This document shows, piece by piece, positions 1-14,529 of a stretch of DNA of 64,000 nt (position 1 is its first letter; the number at the start of each line of letters is the position of its first letter). Both the position numbers and the translations under genes were made by a program. The notes under the pieces were generated by a model that saw nothing but the letters and a program-made list of their open reading frames with translations, was not told where the DNA came from and ran no database searches. The stretch comes from Octopus vulgaris (Eukaryota). The DNA is taken from the NCBI GenBank assembly GCA_951406725.2, contig OX597817.1, positions 147,002,001 to 147,066,000 of the forward strand, read 5' to 3'.

Positions 1-270
1 CAATCCCATTGATATCAACAATGGTATGTACAGTGAACAACAGCGTTTAAGGTCTGATCTCTGTGGGAACTTACTAACGTACATAAGTAGACTGTTCAGT
101 AGAAAATACAAAGGAACCTACCCATACTACCGCGATTTACAGCGTATGATAAAGCATCGCGTGATGGATCGTGCAGTATGATTCTCTACTGAGTGGTGAG
201 TTTCACATACTCTTCTGATTGACTACTTACTTCTGTTCAATCAAAGCTGACTCGAGCAGAGTAACAACAG

Positions 271-356
271 CAAGAAGAAGAAGAAGAAGAAGAAGAAGAA
301 GAAGAAGAAGAAGAAGAAGAAGAAGAAGAACAACAACAACAACAACAACAACAACA

Positions 357-404
<48 letters not shown>
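271..404. repeat. Compound trinucleotide microsatellite (AAG)n(AAC)n(ACT)n
   Basis: Directly visible; explains the poly-R/T and poly-V/L ORFs. Confidence 0.95.
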
Positions 405-633
405 GGACGGGACGCCGGTCCGTCGCAGGTGAGCTGCAAGATGCAGGAGGAAAGAGTGAGAGAAAGTTGTGGCGAAAGAGTCAGCAGAAGTTCGCCATTA
501 CCTTCTGCCGGAGCCGCGTGGAGCTTAGGTGTTTCGCTCATAAAAACACACACACATCGCCCGGTCTGAGATTCGAACCAGCGATCCCTCGACCGTGAGT
601 CCGCTGCTCTAACCAATAGGCCATGTGCCTCCA
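405..633 (-). mobile_element. tRNA(Arg-like)-headed SINE, family A
   Basis: Minus strand begins GGAGGCACATGGCCTATTGGTTAGAGCAGCGGACTC...GGTTCGAATCTCAGACCGGG (A and B boxes); homologous copies elsewhere in the window. Confidence 0.85.
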
Positions 634-1895
634 CCGATACCAATATTGCAAAGCATTTTCTTATCTTCTAACGATTCTGCTTGTTATAAATAACAGTAAG
701 ATCTTAAATTCATGCGATAAGGAAAAAAAAAAAAGGATGTTAGATACAGTAGAATCAAAGGGTGCAAATAATTTCAGATAACAGAACTGTAACATATAAT
801 GGTGCATGCTTGAGTGTACTTGAGAAATGAAGTGATTAAGAATGTGCTCAGATCTGAAATATCGTTTGGTTTTAAGCTAGTAATTATCTCCAAGATATTA
901 GTTTGTTAAGAATCCTCATCACGATACGAGTTAAGAAACTTAATTGAACAAATATTGTCTTTCAGGTTCAGCCGTGTTTACTAGAATTATCTTAATTTAA
1001 GTTTGTCGCCAAGTGCCTGTCATGCAAAACTACTAAATGAAGTGAATTTTAACGAGTCTTAATCACAAAAGTTTATCTAACATCTACTGGTTGAAATAAT
1101 TTCTTTAACTGGGTCCCAGATGACTGGAGACAAATCAACACACATGCTGTGTTGCTGTTTCGAAATTTAACTAAGCACCAAAGCTTTTTCTGTTACTATG
1201 TTGATCTACAATAAATAATAGAATTATAAAAATTATGTTGGATATTTGCTGTAAACTTAGTTTCAATCGATGCTGAACTGATTAAGTATTACTGTTGTTC
1301 AGTCATTGTTCAGGAAATTAATAACGGATTTTTCTCTGCCAAATTACAAATGCGAATGCATAAATTTCAATTGTCGCTTATTATACTTGTTAAGATTGGA
1401 AGAAAAGAAGAGCAGTGGTGAATACTTTGAAGATTAACTTAAATACACACATAAATTACATGCTAAATACATATTAAATCTTCTCTAAATACACGTTAAA
1501 TACATGTTAAAGACATTTTTATCTGATGCCAAAATAATAGGCGGTTTCGAAATTAATTAAACCGTGCAGTTGAAGGGAAAGTGAAACGAATAGATTGAAA
1601 GAAAGAGAGGGGAGATAGTGTGTGTAGGGTAGATTGAGATTATCAATGAGAGAATGCGTGCATGTGTGTACGTGAGGGGAAGAGCGCGTGTGCCGGAGAA
1701 AGAGATGGTAAGAGTGGCTGTTCCTTACATAGATCGGTACTCTGGACAGAACTTTGTACATCTTGGCGACCTGCTTCGAGCGATGCAATATTTAAAACAG
1801 CAGTAATATTGTTAACATAATTTTAAAGGGAATTCGTTTTAATTTGTTACATAAGCATGGAGGAGAAAACGAAAACAATATCTTTATATATAAAA

Positions 1896-2065
1896 GTGGT
1901 GTGTTTACGTCCCGTCACTTAGCGGTTCGGCAAAAGAGACCGATAGAATAAGTACTGGGCTTACAAAGAATAAGTCCCTGAGTCGATTTGCTCGACTAAA
2001 GGTGGTGCTCCAGCATGGTCGCAGTCAAATGACTGAAACAAGTAAAAGAGAAAAGAGAAAGAGAA
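1896..2065 (+). mobile_element. SINE family B, 3' half
   Basis: Matches the family B tail ...GGTGCTCCAGCATGGTCGCAGTCAAATGACTGAAACAAGTAAAAG. Confidence 0.8.
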
Positions 2066-2639
2066 AGCATGGAGGAGAAAACAAAAACAATATATCTAAT
2101 AATATTAGTATAAATAGAAATAAGGCGTCGGGTTTACAGATTCGTTAACATGCCGGATAAGATGCTTAGCGGTATTTCGTCCATTGTTACGTTCTGAGTT
2201 CGAATTCCGCTGAGGTCGATGCTGTATTTTATCCTTCCAGATTTGATAAAAATAAGCACTAGCTGACCACTGGGGCCAACGTAATCGACGTAATCCACCC
2301 CCAAGCTTGCTGGCCTTGTGCCAAAACTTAAAACCAGTATTCCGTCTTCTTCTCTATCTAGGATTATATTATCTAATGGCTTCCTTTGTTAAAATGGCAG
2401 GTGTGATTTAAGGAAATTTAGTTGCTATTTCTAGCAAGTCAAGCCACTATTAGCGGCGCTGTCTTTCACTTAGGGTGTTGTTTGGTGACAGCATTGCTGC
2501 TTATTGTTATATTTGTGTTTGTGCTGTTGTTAATAGAAATGTGATAAATCTTTCGTCAGTTTCAACGGTGATCTCTCAGTTGTTTAACCAATTGAATTAT
2601 TTACTCCTTAGCGACTTAGTATTCCACGGACACGTGCGT

Positions 2640-3380
2640 TCTAAACAAAATCAAGCGACTTTCGGTCTCAAAACGATGAAATGCTGAACGAATCTACCTA
2701 GTTAAAATCGGAGTTTATAATATTTAGAGTCATATTTTACGCAACAAATGCTATAAAGGCTATAGAGGTAACTTCTATACAAGACACTAGCTAGGCCTGA
2801 AATCCTGTTTTAGAATTTTCGATTCACAAACGTTACTGGAAAAATGCAAAAAAAAAAAATTCTTTTAAATAACTGACCAATGAAAAATTTTCTATGTAGT
2901 AAATTGGTCTGCTAGGAAAAACTGCAACATTTTCCAATCGTTTTATATGTAAGTATATAGGAAAATATACAACATAGAACGTAAAAAAAAAAAATGAAAT
3001 GGAAAAAAAGAAGAAAAGGAATACCACAGACATGCGCATGGCAAACAAAATCAGCGACTTTTGCTCATAAAACGATGAAATACTGAACGAATCTCATATG
3101 CTGTAACCTTGTTAAAATCGAAGTTTATAATATTTACAATCATATTCCACGCAACAAGCGCTATAGAGGCAGAGGTAACTTCTATACTAGACACGAACTG
3201 AGCCTGAAATCCAGTTTTGACAGATGGTTTTACAATTTTTATTTTACGAACGGTACTGGAGAAAGGCAAAAAAAATTCCATTCAATAACGGACCAATGAA
3301 AAATTCTCTATGTAGTAAATTGGCGTGCTAGAAATAACAGCAAAATTTCATAATCGTTTTATACGTAAATATATTGGAAA
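2640..3380. repeat. Diverged direct tandem duplication, unit about 400 bp
   Basis: AACAAAATCAAGCGACTTT...AAACGATGAAAT near 2644 recurs near 3044, with colinear downstream similarity (GAGGTAACTTCTATAC, CTATGTAGTAAATTGG). Confidence 0.8.
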
Positions 3381-3871
3381 AGAACACTCATCAAGAATAA
3401 AATGGGTGGGAGTAGGGTGAGCAAAAGAAACTGAATGGCTAGAGTTTGAATTCTTTGGACCATGGCTCTGTTTGATCGAGGATGACTCGGGGCTATGAAG
3501 AAACTGTAGAAGAAACAACAATAAGGGCAACAAAAACAATGAAACTAAACTACAAGATAAAAACTAAACAAAAACAAAGCATTATATAATCTTAGTTTTA
3601 CAATTACTGACCATATTGATCATCTATAATATTACAAAATTTAAAGAATTTATTTATCTATCTATCGATCAATCACACGCATGCGCATAAACGCACGCAC
3701 GTACACGCATGTTCTTACACATACAAACACACACACACACACACACCCTTATCTTTCTTTTGCAAACACTCGTTTGTCGTCTTTTCTTTTTCGTTTCCCT
3801 CCTTTTCTGTCTCTCTCTGTTCCCCCACACACATACACACAGACAAACACTCACACAAACATACACGCACG

Positions 3872-3906
<35 letters not shown>

Positions 3907-3946
3907 ATAGATATATGATATATATATGTATATATGTATATATCTA

Positions 3947-3993
<47 letters not shown>

Positions 3994-4201
3994 ATATATA
4001 TATATATATATATACACAAATACAACAACAATTGAGGAACGGCCTCAAATAGGCCATTCGACCCACTAGAAAGACCAGCCAGGACTCAAACCGCCAAGTA
4101 ATAGTAATTCAGAAATTAAAGGAAAATTAAAAAATATTGATTAATTGATGATATATATACACATATATACATATATATATATATGTATATGTATATACTT
4201 G

Positions 4202-4237
<36 letters not shown>

Positions 4238-4302
4238 CACGAACGCTACTGGAGAAATGTAAAAGAAATTCCACACATATAGACATATTCACAAATATAT
4301 AC

Positions 4303-4334
<32 letters not shown>

Positions 4335-4517
4335 GTATATATATGTGTATGTATCTGCGTGTGTTTTTGTGGGTGGGAGTGTTTGTGTGTGTATGTGTGT
4401 GTGTGTGGGTGTGTGTGTAGGCGTTATCCACCCGTCATTTTACGTCACTGTTGCTATTCTGTTACCTCGGTGAGGAACCCAACCTCTCACATCCCACTTA
4501 CCTGGAAATAGATAATC

Positions 4518-4573
<56 letters not shown>

Positions 4574-5131
4574 ATAGATAGAGAGAGAGAAAAATAAGAG
4601 GGAGGAGGGAGGAAGAGATAGAGAGAAAGGGGAGATAGGGGAGAGTTGCAGACAGCCATTTCTGTACTTGATACTGTTTACGATAATTGTTTCAGAAATG
4701 CCCTAATTGATTGCTGAAATTTGGCACCAATCTTATTATTTTTTCAATTTAAATATTTTAATACACCAATGCGCACTCGTGCCTACACAGAAAGGCACAC
4801 GAACACACACAAACGCGCTCGAACGGACACACAGACATGCACACGCACACACACACACACACACACACTGATATATATGTGTGTACGCAAGTGTGTATAT
4901 TGATCTATGCATATACATACATGTGCGTGTGTATATATATGTACACTCACATACGCATACATACACTCACATGTATATATATGTGAGTGTACATATATAT
5001 ATATGTACATATACATATATATATATATATGTACATATATATATGTATATATATACATATATATATATACATATATATATACATATATATATACATATAT
5101 ATATATACATATATATATGTACATATATATG

Positions 5132-5186
<55 letters not shown>

Positions 5187-5374
5187 TAACACACACACGA
5201 TTGGGGTGTGAATTACATTGGGTTCATTGTGCGTAGTTTAAATGTAAAATTAATTTGGGAAGATAGAAAACTAAGATAGACCATTCTAGAATATATAAGT
5301 TTGCCAAAAATTCAAGTAGAAAATTGATTTAACGAAAGAGAGTCTCTAGGATTGCTATCGTTCATCACCACATA

Positions 5375-5757
5375 TCGTGGCACTCCGTCGGTTGCGACCA
5401 CGAGGGTTCCAGTTGATCCGATCAACGGAACAGCCTGCTCGTGAAATTAACGTGCAAGTGGCTGAGCACTCGACAGACACGTGTACCCTTAATGTAGTTC
5501 CCGAGGAGATTCAGCCTGACGCAGAGTGTGACATGTCTGGCTCTTTGAAATACAGGTATAAAAGAAACATGAAGAAAGAGTGAGAGAAAGTTGTGGTGAA
5601 AGAGTACAGTAGGGTTCTTCACCACTCCCTGCATGAACATCGTGGAGCTTTAGGCGTTTTCGCTCGATAAACACTCACAACGCCCGGTCTGGGAATCGAA
5701 ACCGCAATCTTACGACCGCGAGTCCGCTGCCCTAACCACTGGGCCATTGCGCCTCCA
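5375..5757 (-). mobile_element. tRNA-headed SINE, family A (second subfamily)
   Basis: Minus head GGAGGCGCAATGGCCCAGTGGTTAGGGCAGCGGACTCGCGG; near-identical copy at 26903-27285. Confidence 0.85.
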
Positions 5758-6706
5758 CATGACCACCTAATATATACTTGGAATATCCCAAATATTGCAA
5801 CTTTATTGTATAGCTTGAATATTCCTCTTCCTGAGAATATTCGTTTTTAAAGCGGAGAAAAGCCAAACGCAATGACGATTGACGTTTTAGCATGTTGATC
5901 TTTTATCGTTTTTTAACAACTACTTGCTTCGGTCATTGAACTGTGGCCATGTTGTGGCTTTGTCTTGAAGTGTTTAGTCGAGTAAATTGATCTCAGTACT
6001 TATTTCTTAAAACTGATATTTATTCAATGGAACTATTTTGGCGAACAGCTAAGTCATGGGGACGTAAACAAGCAAACACCTGGTTGTCAAGCGATGCGAT
6101 GGGAAGAGGACAGACACACATAGACACTTATATATACTACGGGCTTCTATACAGTTTCCATCTACATTCTCTCTCAGGGCATATTGGTGTAATCGACATC
6201 TATAGATACCACAACCACTCACTTTACCGAAGATAGGTGATAAAAAATTAAGCAATTTTAGCAAAACATTATCCATCGCTATATGCAAGGCAACCTCTGA
6301 ATCAGTCAACGAAGAGCAATAAACAAATATACAACAAAAATAGATACGGTTCAGTCTTGTCCAGTCCATATTTATATTTATATGATTTTCCCTTAAGTTC
6401 CAAATATGCAGCGAAAGGGATGTAGGGTTACTTCTGTAAATGCTGTGGAGCGAGTTTGTATTATGTATATCTGTATAATACAATACCTTCATACTGTGCA
6501 GACTGAGATTCCTGTTGATAAGTCATTAGTATATCGTCGTAGCAACTTAATTTAAGTCCGTTAATAATAAAAGGCTGTAATACTACTTTAGTGCAGTAAT
6601 TAGCTGATATATACGGTTTACAGCAGATGTGGCATTCGAATTCTGCAAGCCGTGTAACAACATTCTTCTTCTAAATACGTATATGTATGTATATGTCAAC
6701 GCGCAC

Positions 6707-6786
<80 letters not shown>

Positions 6787-6795
6787 TTTTTTCTT

Positions 6796-7058
6796 TTTTG
6801 TTCCTTCTCGAGCCACGCCTGATTCATAAGGACCGGTTTCCCGGTTTCCTTGGCGTATAGGTTCCCCACCTGGACGGGATGCCAGTCCGTCGCAGGTGAG
6901 CTGCAAGATGCAGGAGCTAAGTGTGAGAGAGAGTTATGGCGAAAGAATCAGCAGAGGTTCGTCATTACCTTCTGCCGGAGCCGCCTGGAGCTTAGATTCG
7001 AACCCGCGATCCCTCGACCGCGAGTCCGCTGCTCTAACCACTAGGCCATGTGCCTCCA
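6796..7058 (-). mobile_element. SINE family A, internally deleted
   Basis: Shares head and body with 405-633 and 48130-48392. Confidence 0.8.
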
Positions 7059-7730
7059 CTCAGATACATATGATTGCATTATTTTATGCCATGAATGCCG
7101 AATTTTATAACACATATCAGTATGACAGGTATGCTACTCTCTAAGCATTCGTGGTCATAGTTAAATATCCAGTGAGAAGAAAGGGCAGGATAATCGGAAA
7201 CTAATTCAAATGAACCTGTAAGCCAGAGGGTGTTTTCCTAAACCTTTCTAGTAAATGGACTCACCCAGGGTTCATTTTGAAGGTTTTCTTTTTCCTTAGC
7301 AGAATTACTGCACAAGCTCCATAAATCCTACATATATGCACCGTGCACATACACACACACACGCACACATACACACACACACGCACACACACACACACCC
7401 CGTCACACACATGTATATGCGTGTGTGTCCGTGCGAGTATGTGCGTGTATAAATAAGTATATATATACATGTGTGTGTGTGTGTAGGTATGTGTGCATGT
7501 TTATGCATAAATATGTACATATATGTGTGTGTGTGTATGTGTGTATGTATGTGTGTATGTGTGTATGTATGTGTGTATGTGTGTATGTATGTGTGCACGT
7601 GCGCGTGTCAGTGTTAGTGTGTGTGTATGTGTGCGTGTCTACGTGTGTGTGCGTGTGTGTAATTATATTTATATAGGTATGTATAATAGCCGATATGAAT
7701 GTTGGTTGATTTTACATCGTATAGAAAATT

Positions 7731-7807
<77 letters not shown>

Positions 7808-7841
7808 TAGATAGATAGAGAGAGGGAGGGAGGGTGAGAGA

Positions 7842-7904
<63 letters not shown>

Positions 7905-8185
7905 TGAGTTTCCATAATATAAAACCGACACGGAGAGTAATTTTGGTTTCATTTCATTTTTATCTTTTGAATATTATTTTATATGATTTTATTCTAAGGT
8001 TATAAACAATTTTCTTTTCAAACTTAGTATTCATCTCATCACTTTGAATAAGTGCCAACAAATTTGATAAAAGTTAAATTATAATCATTGTATGTATGCC
8101 ATGCCATATATTCCTGATATTACCCATAGATGCAAAAGTACACTTTTAAAGTCAGCCTACATATGACGTGTAACACCATGGTATA

Positions 8186-8245
<60 letters not shown>

Positions 8246-8304
8246 CACACAAACATACACACAAACACAAAAATATAGACACATGTAACTATATTTATGT
8301 ATAT

Positions 8305-8720
8305 AGTCTTTTACCCTTTTACTCTTTTACTTGCTTCAGTCATTTGAATGGGGCCATGCTGGAGCACCGACTTAAGTCGAGCAAATCGACCCCAGAACTT
8401 TTCCTTTGTAAGCCTAGTACTTATTCCATCGGTCTCTTTTGCCGAACGGCTAAGTTACGGGGACGCAACACACCACCATCGGTTGTCAAGCGCTGTTGGG
8501 GGAACAAACACAGACACACAAACGTATACACAGACACATACATACATATATATGTATATATACATGTATACAACGGGCTTCTTTCAGTTTCCGTCTACCA
8601 AATCCACTCACAAGGCTTTGGTCGGCCCGAGGCTATAGTAGAAGACACTTGCCCAAGATGCCACGCAGTGGGACTGAACCCAGAATCATGTGGTTGGGAA
8701 GCAAGCTATTTACCACACAT
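8305..8720 (-). mobile_element. SINE family B (tRNA-like head, CORE-like CTTGGGCAAGT block, internal microsatellite)
   Basis: Reverse complement of the full copies at 42350 and 61484. Confidence 0.85.
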
Positions 8721-8753
8721 ATATGCATATATATGTATATATATGTAAGTATA

Positions 8754-8808
<55 letters not shown>

Positions 8809-8809
8809 A

Positions 8810-9650
8810 TAGCTTTTGATGTCATAGTTTCGTGCTAACACCTCCAGGCTTTTCCATACTTATATCACTGCATAACTTGCCCGTCTTCACTCCACGGAGT
8901 AGAGTTTTACCGCTTTCAGTCTCTCCCAGTAGCTCAGCTGTTCCATTGCTGAAATCTTCCTCGTATAGTACTGCTGAACTGCGTCAAGTTCCGCTATTAT
9001 TTTGACACTGTGGCCACGTTGAAAGCAGTAGTCCAAACGACTGAATACAAATGTCCTACATAGAACCAGCATAGTTTCATGGCCACTTGTTCTGGAGGCT
9101 ATTAGAATTCATCCGGCCATTTACCCGCATATTGCCACCATCTTGGTGATATATACATGAGACGAAGTATTGTTGCTTATATCCACCCTCCGATCACTCA
9201 CTGTACTTGATTCTGCGATTGCTACTTCGTTTGGTCCAAAGTATCGCTGTTGCGGCATGTTTGCACCAGCTCGCTGATAACCGAAGGCTTGGAATTTACC
9301 TGCATTAAATTGCATGTTGTTTTCTTCAGCCCATTTATACATGGTATCTCGGCCTTTCTGTAGAATTGCTGAATCGGAATGTTCCTAGACTACTTATTCT
9401 GTTTTTGTGTCGTTCGCATTGTTAGTAAGTGTGATTATCTGTGTAACTGATTGTATGTCTGGAAGCGCTACCATTAACAGCAGCGTTTCTATGACGGTTC
9501 CCCGAGGGACTTCACTCACTGCTACTGTCTCCTTGAAGAGGGTTCATCGGCTACCACAACCCACCTTTAGTCTTTTAAGAAGTCATGTAAACAGTCTCCC
9601 AGTTTTCCCATTATGCCGAGTCTCCGTAGCTTGTGACATATCATCTATCC
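8810..9650 (-). pseudogene. Decayed CR1/L2-group LINE reverse transcriptase C-terminal region
   Basis: Peptides YKWAEENNMQFNAGKFQ, RTFVFSRLDYC, ELDAVQQYYTRKI and SYWERLKAVKLYSVE, broken by frameshifts and stops. Confidence 0.8.
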
Positions 9651-9689
9651 ACCAATGCGGTGTTGAGCACTCATTCTCGTCGTTCGACA

Positions 9690-9720
9690 ATTATTATTAT
9701 AATTATCGTTGTTGTTGTTG

Positions 9721-9812
<92 letters not shown>

Positions 9813-10318
9813 GAGTGAGAGAGCAGTGCATGCCATCACAGTGACACTGGGCTATAAATATATGAATCCCAGTTTACCCACCATGATTATCCGACTCATA
9901 AGGGTACATCAGGCACATGCATAACAATCATATGTGCGCAACACGGTGACCTTATATTAAGATAAACAGTACATGGCATTACATGTGAGTCCCTGTTAGT
10001 ATTTCCTCCCGCTCAAAAGGTTCTTGAATAAGGGTGGTTTAAGGTTGATGTACGAAACACCCATGTTTCCAGGTGAATTATTCAAACCCCAAAGAATTCC
10101 TCGCAACACATGGCTATGAAGCTCCCCTATTATTTCTGTTCGCCATCAGGGATGCGAATATCGCCAGTCATTAAGGGGCATTCTCAACTGGTTAAAGTCA
10201 AACAACTGACAAGCAAATCTGTGGTATTGAGTAGAATATTTGCTGTAGTCCATCCAAAGATAAAACGTGTACATGATAACACTTCCAATCAGTTAAGACC
10301 AGAAGCCACGACAGCCAG
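9690..10318 (-). mobile_element. Probable non-LTR retroelement 3' end with (TAA)n tail
   Basis: About 500 bp of complex sequence abutting a long (ATT)n run; family not recognised. Confidence 0.35.
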
Positions 10319-10319
10319 T

Positions 10320-10573
10320 ACTCTCTCTTTTACTCTTTTACTTGTTTCAGTCATTTTGACTGCGGTCATGCTGGAGCACCGTCTTTAGTCGAGAAACTCG
10401 ACCCCGGGACTTATTCTTTGTAAGCCCAGTACTTATTCTATCGTTCTCTTTTGCCGAACCACTAAGTGACGGGGACATAAACACACCAGCATCGGTTGTC
10501 ACGCAATGCTAGGGGGACAAACACAGACACACAAACATACACGGTCCGAGGCTATAGTAGAAGACACTTGCCC
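10320..10573 (-). mobile_element. SINE family B, internally deleted
   Basis: Family B tail and body in reverse orientation. Confidence 0.8.
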
Positions 10574-10720
10574 ATTATCATTATTTCGCTTAGTCGTTAT
10601 GATACCTGGTGTTAGAACTCAGTATACAAATGCTTCAGAACAAAGCAACAGTTGGGTAGAAAGAAGTAATAAGAAATTAAAATCACAAGGGAAGAAGAAA
10701 TGGCATCATGAACTTTATTA

Positions 10721-10799
10721 GCTTACAGCTCTTTCTGCTATAAGATGCAATATTCTCATAGTTGAATGCTTGTTTATCGCCCTATAGCTTCATCAGTGC
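10721..10799 (-). ncRNA. Degenerate type I hammerhead ribozyme motif
   Basis: Minus: GCA-CTGATGA-AGCTATAG...TTATAGC-A-GAAAGAGCTGTA-AGC; mismatches in stems I and III. Confidence 0.55.
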
Positions 10800-11117
10800 C
10801 TCAAACATGAAGTGCAATTCTAAACACACACACACACGAACGCGCACACATTACACACTAAGACACACATGTTTAGACATGATCTAAAAATGCCTTGAAG
10901 GCGGCAGAACAACAAAACACGCTTGCAAGATGTGATTTTCTTTTCCCTGCTAAACCTATTTGGTTACATCATGCCTTAATATTTATTTGGTAAAGCCTTT
11001 TTGCATGGCAAAACATTTTTCTATACGAAAACTATTCAGTACAGTGTAATTCTCCCTCTTTTTTGTTTTTTTGTGTGTAAAACTCACAATCTAACATCTA
11101 ATATTTTTACGATAAAA

Positions 11118-11755
11118 AGGCGGCGAGCTGGCAGAGACGTTAGCAGCAGGGCGAAATGCGTAGCAGTATTTCGTCTGTCGTTACGTTCTGAGTTCAAATT
11201 CCGCCGAGGTCGACTTTGCCTTTCATCCTGTCGGGGTCGATTAAATAAGTACCAATTACGCACTGGGGTCGATATAATCGACTTAATCCGTTTGTCTGTC
11301 CTTGTTTGTCCCCTCTGTGTTTAGCCCCTTGTGGGTAGTAAAGAAATAGGTATTTCGTCTGTTTATGGCGGTGAGCTGGCAGAAACGTTAGCACGTGGTG
11401 CGAAATGCGTAGCCGTATTTCGTCTGCCGTTACCTTCTGAGTTCAAATTCGACCGAGGTCGACTTTGCCTTTCATGCTTTCGGGGTCGATTAAATAAGTA
11501 CCAGTTACGCACTGGGGGTGATATAATCGACTTAATCCGTTTGTCCTTGTTTGTCCTCTCTGTGTTTAGCCCCTTGTGGGTTGTAAAGAAATAGGTATAT
11601 CGTCTGTCTTTACGCCCCGAGTTAAAATTCTACCGAGGTCGACTTTGCCTTTCATCCTCTCGGAGTCGATAAATTAAGTACCAATTGCGTACTGGGGTCG
11701 ATCTAATTGACTGGCACCCTCCTCCAAAATTTCGGGCTTTGTGCCTAGAGTAGAA
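11118..11755 (+). mobile_element. SINE family C (Nin-like domain), tandem multimer
   Basis: AGGCGGCGAGCTGGCAGA head and three repeats of GAGGTCGACTTTGCCTTTCAT...GTCGAT...AAGTACCA. Confidence 0.85.
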
Positions 11756-12151
11756 AATAATATTATTTAACGATAAAATTGTTTTATAAAGACATTAATT
11801 ATGTGAAAATAGACTTATGTATCTTTGAGCGTCCAAGCTTGAAAGTTCTGACTGGGCTTGGAGCAGGCGAGGGCCATTGTCTCCATCATGGAAACTGCAG
11901 AGGAGGCCACTTTGTGACTTTTGATAAAATGGGCAGAGCAGTGGTTTGCTACTATTGGGATACAAGGTGGGACTTGAACATCTCCAGGTGGGTCAACCGG
12001 GCTACGGGTGGGATCTGATGTTGAAAGACTCGAAACCTTTTGAGACCTCAGAAAAATCATAAACGTTGCCTTCCAAAGCAGCCACAACATATATCTTAAG
12101 AGTCAATAAAAACTAATAGAAATACTTATTTCCTATGTTAAAAAATAAAAC

Positions 12152-12257
12152 TCGTCCCACTGCGTGACACTTTGGGCAAGTGTCTTCTACTATAGCCTCG
12201 GGCCCCACAAAAGCCTTGTGAGTGGATTTGGTAGACGGAAACTGAAAGTAGCCCGTC

Positions 12258-12303
<46 letters not shown>

Positions 12304-12530
12304 ATATGTATGTGTGTGTATATGTTCGTGTGTCTGTGTTTGTCCACCCAACATCGTTTGACAACCGATGGTGGTGTGTTTACGTCCCTGTAACCTAGCA
12401 GTTCGGCAAAAAGAGACCGATAAAATAAGTACTAGGCTTACAAAGAATAAGCCCTGGGGTCAATTTGCTCGACTAAAGGCGGTGCTCCAGCATGGTCGCA
12501 GTCAAATGACTGAAACAAGTAAAAAGAGTA
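12152..12530 (+). mobile_element. SINE family B, 5'-truncated
   Basis: Body, internal (TA)n and tail match the other copies. Confidence 0.85.
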
Positions 12531-12560
12531 AATGAGTTATTTTCAACCCATTTTATAAGT

Positions 12561-12598
<38 letters not shown>

Positions 12599-14284
12599 AC
12601 ACACACACACATATAATATCTGCCTGTGTTTTCTGTGTGTCTACTGCTATGGATATCACATATTGTTCAATTGGCCACGGAAACTGGTGACTCTTCATTA
12701 AAATATAGGAAAACATGTTAATATATTATGAGATATTTGAATAAAAAAACGATATTTGTACTTGAAAGAAGTCTTTGGAAACGGTGACTGTATTAAGATT
12801 AGAATATTGCAGGGATTTAATTTACATTTCTAAAAAGTAGGGAAAATCCTGCAGGCGGTGATGATGTAATTTAAACTCGAGAATATGAAATTTTACAATA
12901 GTTATGCAAAAAAACATGTACGAGACTCGCTACTGCATTACGTATGTCCTCAATACTGTCAGCGTTTGATATGGATATACATAAAAACATACGTGTTATA
13001 CAAACTCGTATGTACGCACATATATCAGCTCTCTATTACCCCCACATGTAAATTTTCTCTTTAAATACATTTGTTATTTCAAGGAACAGAGAATTGATGG
13101 AGCATGATTTTATTTTACACAAAAACAAACAAAAAAAAAAAAACATGAAAATAACACACTACAAATCCGGGTTCTATTATTATTCATTCATTTGCTATTC
13201 GCCACAAGCTATGGCTGACTAAAAACCTTTCCTCATCCCTTAAGGCAAATATCGATCGGTTTGTTGTGGTAGGTTAAATACAAACCGCAGTAGTATTAAC
13301 GTGGTATCAAAGCAGTGTATGTGTATGCGTGGGTGCGTGTATCTGAGTATGTGTGTGTTTGTGTGCGTGTCTGTGTGAGAGAATGCGGGTGTATTTCACA
13401 TCTCTTTGCCATTTCGATTGCTTCCTTTATACAGTTTCTTTTATGATATCTGAGAAGAAAATTTTTACCGTTTGTTAATAGTTATTTTTTTATCATGGAT
13501 TTCAATCAACCTCTTAAAAATATCATTTGGCTTTTACTAAATAGAAACGGTAAAATGAGACTCGCAAAATAATAATATTCAGTTAAATCTCTTTATATTC
13601 TTAATCCAAATCCCATTGAGTTAGACTATGCTTATCATCTCCTCAGGGACGGATGAAATAAGTACAAATAATGTACGCAGACCACTTTAAGCCAATTACT
13701 TCTGCCTCTCGATATGTGTGGCTTGGGCCAATGATTTAACTCGTTCCTTTATTTTTATTCTAGGTATATATATTTACCGACCAATCAGTCGATGAAGTAT
13801 CGATAGAGTAAGGACCAAATCGGTAGAATCGTCTGCTATCATTTTCACAAGGCAATCGAGTGGTTTACGTGGTACCACAATCTTGTAGAAATAGCAGCCA
13901 AACATAATTCAAACGAAGGCATGTCGTTCCCCCCACCTCCCAAAAAACGATATATTGGTCAATGTCTTCAGGGTACACTATTCCTTAAAATACTACGGGA
14001 TGGTAATGGGTAGCTTATCATTGGTCAAAATTCACATGATTCAGTTCACTTGAATGTAAATAAGTGGTGTGGGCTAGTAACGTTTCACCATTCTATAAAG
14101 CGACAGACCTGAGCCTTCCATAAAGAATAGATTGCTCTATCGAGTCCCAGTTATGTTCGACGTAGAGTTTCTGAAGGGATGGTCACCAACATGACAACAT
14201 TGTTTATATATTCATTTATCTTATGCAAAATGAAGCGTTCGACAAAAAAGGAACTAAATTCTTAGATACGAAATAAAGCCGCCG

Positions 14285-14343
<59 letters not shown>

Positions 14344-14360
14344 TACATACATACATACAC

Positions 14361-14413
<53 letters not shown>

Positions 14414-14529
14414 AAAAAGAAAAATAATGACTTACCTGGTAGTTCTAATCAATTCAAGTTTCTAACAATATAATTGTCGCCATTTCCTATTTTTGATTTT
14501 GCGCAATCACTTTGTTTTTGATTTTGTCG

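Noticed and set aside
3669-5236. Many ORFs rich in YI/CV/HT dipeptides (also at 24.5-25.1, 32.1, 52.8-53.3, 56.6 and 62.0 kb)
   Set aside because: These are stop-free translations of (TA)n, (CA)n and (TATG)n microsatellites, not genes
11118-11755. CRISPR-like repeat array
   Set aside because: The units are about 180-bp SINE subunits with no unique spacers and no cas genes, in a eukaryotic context
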